47,429 nt of DNA from positions 1 through 47,429 of the forward strand of contig JANPLU010000024.1 of assembly GCA_031422435.1 (NCBI GenBank). The letters are read 5' to 3'. The DNA is from Acaryochloridaceae cyanobacterium VAR_48_metabat_390. Its GTDB lineage: Bacteria; Cyanobacteriota; Cyanobacteriia; Thermosynechococcales; Thermosynechococcaceae. The position numbers and the translations under genes were made by a program. Positions 41,550 through 47,429 of this stretch are shown in pieces (the first letter of the stretch is position 1; each line of letters starts with the position of its first letter). The notes beneath the pieces were generated by a model. That model saw only the letters and a program-made list of their open reading frames with translations. It ran no database searches and was not told where the DNA came from.

Positions 41550-43067
41550 CTATGCGGCTGCCGTAAAGGTCTTGGTGTACTCTGCGATCGCAGTTTTTAG
41601 AATCCCTTCAGCTTCGGGTGTGAGCGCCTTTGCTGCCCGCACGGTTTCACCGTAGGTAGGCTGACTGGTGTGCAGATAGGTTCGCAGACCCGCAACAAAG
41701 TCCGTTACCTGACTAACTTCAATTTCATCGAGGTAGCCATTGGTTCCAGCATAAATGACCGCAACCTGCTCTTCGACAGGGATTGGAGAATACTGAGGCT
41801 GCTTGAGAAGCTCCCGTAGACGTGCGCCCCGTGCCAGTTGGTTTTGAGTGGCTTTATCGAGGTCAGACGCAAATTGAGCAAATGCCTCAAGTTCAGCAAA
41901 CTGAGCCAAGTCAAGCTTCAGCTTACCTGCGACCTGTTTCATGGCCTTAATCTGAGCGGCGGAACCCACCCGTGACACCGAGATACCTGCGTTGATGGCA
42001 GGGCGAAGACCAGAATTGAATAGGTCAGAAGACAAGAAGATTTGACCATCCGTAATCGAAATCACGTTGGTAGGGATGTATGCCGAAACGTCACCCGCTT
42101 GGGTTTCAACGATGGGTAGCGCAGTCATGCTGCCTTCACCCAGTTCAGGGCTAAGCTTTGCAGCACGCTCTAGCAGGCGAGAGTGTAAATAGAACACGTC
42201 GCCAGGGTATGCTTCACGACCAGGTGGACGGCGGAGGAGCAGAGACATTTGGCGATAAGCCTGAGCCTGCTTAGACAAATCGTCGTAGATGATGAGGGTG
42301 TGCTTGCCGGTATACATAAAGTATTCGGCGATCGATGCACCCGTATAAGGCGCAAGGTACTGAAGCGTTGCGGGGTCGTTGGCGTTAGCGGCGACGACTA
42401 CTGTGTAGTCTAGTGCCCCGCGTTCTCGCAATACGTTGGCAATGTTGGCAACCGTAGAGGCTTTCTGCCCGATCGCCACATAAACGCAGATCACGCCTTG
42501 ACCCTTCTGGTTCAAGATGGTGTCGATCGCCACAGAGGTTTTTCCAGTTTGGCGATCGCCAATGATTAGCTCTCGCTGACCCCGACCGATGGGCACCATG
42601 GAGTCAATTGCGGTAATCCCCGTCTGCATTGGCTCGTATACAGACTTCCGCTCAATGATGCCAGGGGCAGGAGATTCAATGAGGCGAAACTCTGAAGTGA
42701 CGATTTCGCCTTTGCCATCGAGGGGACGCGCAAGGGCATCAACCACTCGACCAATCATTGCATCGCCCACAGGCACCTGAGCAATTTTGCCCGTAGCCTT
42801 GACAGTGCTGCCTTCTTGGAGTTCACGACCGTCACCCATCAACACCGCGCCCACGTTATCCTGCTCAAGGTTAAGGGCGATGCCGATGGTGCCGTCTTCA
42901 AATTCTAGAAGCTCACCGGACATGGCTTTTTCAAGCCCATAAATCCGAGCGATACCGTCACCGACTTGTAAAACAGTGCCAACGTTATCAACGTTGACAT
43001 CCTGATTGTATTGCTCAATCTGCTGGCGGATAATTGTGCTAATTTCGTCCGGTCTAATACTTACCAT
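41550..43067 (-). CDS. atpA: ATP synthase F1 alpha subunit
   Basis: [29 protein letters not shown]. Confidence 0.99.
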   Translation of the reverse strand: MVSIRPDEISTIIRQQIEQYNQDVNVDNVGTVLQVGDGIARIYGLEKAMSGELLEFEDGTIGIALNLEQDNVGAVLMGDGRELQEGSTVKATGKIAQVPVGDAMIGRVVDALARPLDGKGEIVTSEFRLIESPAPGIIERKSVYEPMQTGITAIDSMVPIGRGQRELIIGDRQTGKTSVAIDTILNQKGQGVICVYVAIGQKASTVANIANVLRERGALDYTVVVAANANDPATLQYLAPYTGASIAEYFMYTGKHTLIIYDDLSKQAQAYRQMSLLLRRPPGREAYPGDVFYLHSRLLERAAKLSPELGEGSMTALPIVETQAGDVSAYIPTNVISITDGQIFLSSDLFNSGLRPAINAGISVSRVGSAAQIKAMKQVAGKLKLDLAQFAELEAFAQFASDLDKATQNQLARGARLRELLKQPQYSPIPVEEQVAVIYAGTNGYLDEIEVSQVTDFVAGLRTYLHTSQPTYGETVRAAKALTPEAEGILKTAIAEYTKTFTAAA

Positions 43068-43145
43068 GGGCTTGCTCTGAATCTGGGTTCTGGGTTAATC
43101 AAAGAAAAATTAAACTGCGCGATTTAAGCCTGGGCCATTTAAGAC

Positions 43146-43700
43146 TTAGGCCGTCGCGCTGAGCAGCGAAATGCCAATGCGTCGGAGTTGACCCTTAATG
43201 CTCGCATCCAGCACTTGAGATCCGACTTTAATAATGACGCCGCCAATCAGTTCAGGGTCAATTTTGACCTCAAGCTCCACTTCTGAGGCGCTCGTCAAGG
43301 TTTTGACTTTTTGGATCACTGCATCTCGTTGGGCATCGTTAAGATCCAGCGTAGACGTAACCTCAGCCAAAACGGTATTTTTGATTTGGCGCAACAGCAC
43401 CCGATACTGCTTGCAAATCGCTTCAAGTAGAAAAATGCGACGACGATCAATTACCAACAGCAAAAAATTGAGGAAATAGGCGTGAACCTTCCCCTCTAAG
43501 AGCTGCCGAAAGATTTGCTTTTTAGCATCCGCTTTCACAAAAGGGTTCGCCAAAACATCCTTTAGCTCTGGAGAGGATTCAATTACCTCCAGAAGCGAAC
43601 GGGTATCGTCTCCAAAGGTGTCGATCAAGCCCTGATCTTGGGCGAGAGCCATTAGCGCCTCGGCGTAGGGTTCTACCATTCCAGCCGTAGCAGTATTCAT
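43146..43700 (-). CDS. atpH: ATP synthase F1 delta subunit (cyanobacterial atpD)
   Basis: PYAEAL, IDPELIGG, DASIKGQL; 4-nt ATGA overlap with atpF. Confidence 0.96.
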   Translation of the reverse strand: MNTATAGMVEPYAEALMALAQDQGLIDTFGDDTRSLLEVIESSPELKDVLANPFVKADAKKQIFRQLLEGKVHAYFLNFLLLVIDRRRIFLLEAICKQYRVLLRQIKNTVLAEVTSTLDLNDAQRDAVIQKVKTLTSASEVELEVKIDPELIGGVIIKVGSQVLDASIKGQLRRIGISLLSATA

Positions 43701-44272
43701 GAGTTCACTCCCAGTAAGGCAATACTCCGGTCGATCAACTGGCGCTGAGCATTTTCGTTGTTGGTGAGCTGAGCCTGAAGTTCTCGCTCGACCTGTTTAA
43801 GAGACAGCTCCACAATGCGCTGACGCAGTTCGGCGATCGCCCGTTCTTGGCTAGAGTTGGTGTCTTGGGAGGCGCTGGCTTCAAGTCGCTGAATTTCTAA
43901 AACAGCCTGAGCCAAAATTTCTGCTTCGGTCTTCTTTGCCCCTTCTTGAGCAGTTGCTACAATCGTTTGTGCTTCCGCTTCTGCCTGAGCAATTTTCTGC
44001 TGCTGTTCTGTCTGGGTTTTGAGAGCCGTTTGCTTGCGCGTTTCAGACTCCTTAATTTCAGACTCAATGGCAGCGCGACGTTCGGAAAGAACTCTTCCTA
44101 AAAAGCCCTTGCCAAAATAAACCACCACGCCAATCACAATCGCCAAGTTGATGAGATTAGCTTCAAAAATATCGGTATTAATGCCAAAGCCGTGGTGCGC
44201 CTCAGCCGCTTCTTCTGGAACTTCTGCCATGCCCGATGCGATGGCTAGCCAGTAAAACATCCCCATGTTCAT
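43697..44272 (-). CDS. atpF: ATP synthase F0 subunit b
   Basis: FGINTDIFEANLINL, one TM plus coiled coil. Confidence 0.96.
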   Translation of the reverse strand: MNMGMFYWLAIASGMAEVPEEAAEAHHGFGINTDIFEANLINLAIVIGVVVYFGKGFLGRVLSERRAAIESEIKESETRKQTALKTQTEQQQKIAQAEAEAQTIVATAQEGAKKTEAEILAQAVLEIQRLEASASQDTNSSQERAIAELRQRIVELSLKQVERELQAQLTNNENAQRQLIDRSIALLGVNS

Positions 44273-44371
44273 CTTCCGTAACTGTGGTGTTTGTGATTGC
44301 TAGGTGATTCTTAAAACGAGAGAGACGTGGCTCAATCGGTGACTGAGTGAACGCGCCTTAATGAGCGCCAT

Positions 44372-44803
44372 TTAATGAGCTAACTCAGACCCAAGCAGCT
44401 TTTTAAGAATTTGTTGACTTAGAGCGCCAACTTCTTTCTCAAGCTGACCAAAGGCCGCCTGCTTTTCTTGCTCTAGCACCTGTTGAACACTCATCGTCTG
44501 CTCCTGTAAGCGGCGCTGAGCATCGGCAACTTGCGCTGCTGCCTGCTTTTGAGCCGCTTCCTGCGCTTCAGAAAGAATGGTCTGAGACTGGCGACGAGAA
44601 GACGAAAGCTTGTCTGCGTATTCTTGAGCAAGGCGCTTAGCCTTGTCTTGACGCTCGCGCGCTTCGGTATTGTTGCCATTGACGTATTCTTGACGCTCAT
44701 TAAGCACTTTAGACAAAGGCTTAAAGAACACCGCATTGAGTACGGCAGTAAGCAATAAAAACTGAATTGCCATCATGGGCAATGTGGCATCAAAATCAAA
44801 CAT
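44372..44803 (-). CDS. atpF2: ATP synthase F0 subunit b' (cyanobacterial atpG)
   Basis: [23 protein letters not shown]. Confidence 0.96.
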   Translation of the reverse strand: MFDFDATLPMMAIQFLLLTAVLNAVFFKPLSKVLNERQEYVNGNNTEARERQDKAKRLAQEYADKLSSSRRQSQTILSEAQEAAQKQAAAQVADAQRRLQEQTMSVQQVLEQEKQAAFGQLEKEVGALSQQILKKLLGSELAH

Positions 44804-44828
44804 GCTTTTCTTTCTCCTATTGCAGTAA

Positions 44829-44880
44829 GCCTTTTGTAGAAGCTCAGAGCCTGTTGAGACTAATCGCTGCTACAAAAGGC
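44829..44880 (-). repeat. Stem-loop downstream of atpE
   Basis: GCCTTTTGTAG / CTACAAAAGGC 11-bp arms with inner CTCA/TGAG pairing. Confidence 0.75.
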
Positions 44881-44890
44881 CGACCTTGAT

Positions 44891-45190
<300 letters not shown>

Positions 45191-45272
45191 TTAAACGCGG
45201 TCAGACCTTAACGCCTGAGGCTGAATCTAAATAAATTGAAAAGAACGGTCAGAACCAAGGCTCACTAAGTTT

Positions 45273-46055
45273 CTAGTGGGCTTCATGCTCTTCTTCGCCG
45301 TGCCCTTCGAGTGCCTCATGAATGTAGGCAGCAGCAAGGGTGGCAAACACCAGAGCCTGAATCGCGCTCGTAAATAATCCGAGCAGCATGACGGGCAAAG
45401 GCACAAAAAGCGGAACCAACAGAACCAAAACGCCTACCACCAGTTCGTCAGCGAGAATATTCCCGAACAGTCGGAAGCTGAGGGAGAGCGGCTTGGTAAA
45501 ATCTTCTAGAATCGCAATGGGTAAGAGAACGGGCGTCGGTTGGACATACTTCGCAAAGTAGCCCAGCCCTTTCTTCTTAAAACCAGCATAAAAGTAGGCC
45601 AAGGAAACCAATAACGCCAACGCAACGGTTGTGTTGATGTCGTTGGTGGGCGCGGCGAGTTCACCTTCTGGCAACTCAAGCAGCTTCCACGGTACTAATG
45701 CGCCAGACCAATTTGAAACAAAGATAAATAAGAACAGCGTACCGACAAAGGGAACCCAAGGTCGGTATTCTTTTTCACCGATTTGATTTTTGGTCAAATC
45801 CCGCACAAATTCCAGCGCGTATTCCATGAGATTCTGAATACCGCTAGGAATTCTCTGGACGCTTCGAGTGGCAGCAAGGGATGCAATGAGCAACAACCCA
45901 ATCACAATCCAGGAGGTAATAAATACCTGACCATGAACTTTTAGGTTGCCCAACTGCCAGTAAAGGTGGTGTCCTACTTCCAATTTTGCGATTGGAAGCC
46001 AAGAATGAAGTTCAAAAGAATTGAGCAGAAGGCTGCCATGGTGCATAGGTTGCAC
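45273..46055 (-). CDS. atpB: ATP synthase F0 subunit a (cyanobacterial atpI)
   Basis: [28 protein letters not shown]; exact start uncertain. Confidence 0.97.
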   Translation of the reverse strand: MQPMHHGSLLLNSFELHSWLPIAKLEVGHHLYWQLGNLKVHGQVFITSWIVIGLLLIASLAATRSVQRIPSGIQNLMEYALEFVRDLTKNQIGEKEYRPWVPFVGTLFLFIFVSNWSGALVPWKLLELPEGELAAPTNDINTTVALALLVSLAYFYAGFKKKGLGYFAKYVQPTPVLLPIAILEDFTKPLSLSFRLFGNILADELVVGVLVLLVPLFVPLPVMLLGLFTSAIQALVFATLAAAYIHEALEGHGEEEHEAH

Positions 46056-46118
46056 GACCTCACTGGAACTTTATGCAAAACGCCTCAAACTACGCGGTTT
46101 TTACTAAAGCCGTATAGT

Positions 46119-46550
46119 TTATTGAGGTTTGGCCACGGTTTTGAGCGTGTAGACGAGAATCGCAGCTTTATAGGTTAAAAACCCCAGAAAAATTGGCAAA
46201 ACTTCAAGCTGTTCCCATTGGGTGGCAAACACCATAACCCCAATAAATACGGCTAGCTGGCTTTTTCCTACTTTCTGTTCCTGCGTTCCGAGTCGTTCAA
46301 CGTTTCGTGCCAGCAATTTTAAGTAAACCACACCTGTGCAAGCCCCAACTAAATAATTTAGGGCGACTTTAAGAGAATAAAACCACCAGATTGGCCCGAA
46401 GGCGATCGCCATCAAAACAAGGGTCGTCACCAGCAGTTCTTGTTGGAGCTGATAGTACGAGTCCATGATGTGAGTGGACGACTCAGATTCAGTCGTTGCA
46501 GCTTCCGCTTCGGGAGGCTGCGGTTGAATCGGCAAGTTGGCTGGGTTCAC
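46119..46550 (-). CDS. atpI: ATP synthase protein I (Atp1/UncI)
   Basis: YYQLQQEL, NYLVGAC.G.VYL..LA..VE, FLGFLTYKAA; start moved to GTG 46550 because a promoter lies within the longer ORF's first codons. Confidence 0.9.
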   Translation of the reverse strand: MNPANLPIQPQPPEAEAATTESESSTHIMDSYYQLQQELLVTTLVLMAIAFGPIWWFYSLKVALNYLVGACTGVVYLKLLARNVERLGTQEQKVGKSQLAVFIGVMVFATQWEQLEVLPIFLGFLTYKAAILVYTLKTVAKPQ

Positions 46551-46590
46551 AGGTCGGCTGCTTAAGGTGCTAAATGGCAGGCCACCGCTA

Positions 46591-46613
46591 ATAATATCAC
46601 GCAGGGGTAACAA
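46591..46613 (-). promoter_or_regulatory. Putative atp operon promoter (extended -10)
   Basis: Minus strand TTGTTACCCCTGCG-TGA-TATTAT (TGn plus TAnnnT). Confidence 0.5.
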
Positions 46614-46628
46614 TACTTAATGGGATTT

Positions 46629-47429
46629 TTAGGTGCTGAGGGTGTTTGGTGACAGTAATAAAAGCTGCTGATCTAGGAGCGATCGCACCTCCACAACTGA
46701 CATCGAATGCTCAACCATTAACTCAGCGACAGAACGGTGAGGTTCTTGAACATTGGCTTCGCAGGCGCTCAGAAATTCGTGTTCGGTTTCGCTGAGATTG
46801 ATGATTTGATAGTCGCTATTAAACAGGCAGCGGTTAGGCCATCCGTCGAGGCACGGGTTGAGTTCAGGGAGTGCCGCCAGAAGTGCGTCATCTTTAGACC
46901 AATCGGCGCGGGGGAGGGGCGATCGCCCCAGAAAAAACTCATAGTGCGTGATGGACTCTGGATCCAGTAGCTCAATGAGGCGATAGCGCTCCCATTCGTC
47001 GAGATGGGCGGCACGTTCTAGTAGGTCTGGGTTGCTGCCCACTAAGCGATCTAGCTGCCACGTCGTTGGGTTTGAAAAGCCTAAAAACTCTAGCCCTGAA
47101 GCCTGGATTAGCTCCCGTAGCGTGGGAATGGTGTAGTCAATTTCTTGAGGATGGACATACATATCGGCAAAGCACTCATCTCGATGGTTTTCCATCGACC
47201 AGCGTTCGGTTTCGCGCTTTTTGAGGCGGTTATGGTCTGGCAGTGCCGCAAAAAGTTGACGACCGACGCTCACGCCGTTGCTATAGTCGCCGCGTTGGTT
47301 GCCTTGGAGAAGGGCGATCGCCTCCTGCATCAGACTAATTTCCCAGCGACCTAACGCGCCGTAGACAAAAATATGAAAGATACCGCCAGGTGCCAGCTTT
47401 TTGGCTAAAGCCTGGATTCCGCCAATGGG
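46629..47429 (-). CDS. Class I SAM-dependent methyltransferase-family protein, 5' end beyond window
   Basis: Frame stays open to the edge (PIGGIQALAKKLAPGGIFHIFVYGALGRWEISLM...); FADMYVHPQE and THYEFFL motifs of the gene commonly upstream of cyanobacterial atp1. Confidence 0.85.
   Translation of the reverse strand, partial: PIGGIQALAKKLAPGGIFHIFVYGALGRWEISLMQEAIALLQGNQRGDYSNGVSVGRQLFAALPDHNRLKKRETERWSMENHRDECFADMYVHPQEIDYTIPTLRELIQASGLEFLGFSNPTTWQLDRLVGSNPDLLERAAHLDEWERYRLIELLDPESITHYEFFLGRSPLPRADWSKDDALLAALPELNPCLDGWPNRCLFNSDYQIINLSETEHEFLSACEANVQEPHRSVAELMVEHSMSVVEVRSLLDQQLLLLSPNTLST

Overview
Cyanobacterial chromosomal window (dense HIP1 GCGATCGC octamers), mostly core metabolism. Left to right: the 3' end of an IS5-family element; HEAT-repeat protein, mnmG, exported 1-Cys msrA, DUF4346, TIGR04168/DevT-like metallophosphoesterase and ridA; a minus-strand nitrate-assimilation cluster nirA(fused to a 2Fe-2S ferredoxin)-nrtABCD-nrtP-DUF1830-narB behind a textbook NtcA promoter with an NtcB box; a short AT-rich, HIP1-free patch with a secreted Trp-rich orphan, a probable mobile-element end and a decayed KimA-like permease; psaL-psaI (psaI missed by the ORF track) converging on psaAB, which has a structured 5' leader; tldD; a ComFB/CdgR-type gene divergent from a Kef-type antiporter; frmA, sirB1-like, orphan arsR, an aminotransferase, and the atp1-atpB-E-F2-F-H-A-G operon. 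I see no clearly new multi-gene system. The best leads are the expanded nir operon, the ComFB/Kef divergon, the AT-rich patch, an alternative RNA structure at the nrtA stop codon, a 26-bp perfect palindrome inside a CDS, and single-residue anomalies in PsaB and ArsR. All family calls are by sequence recognition; no searches were run.
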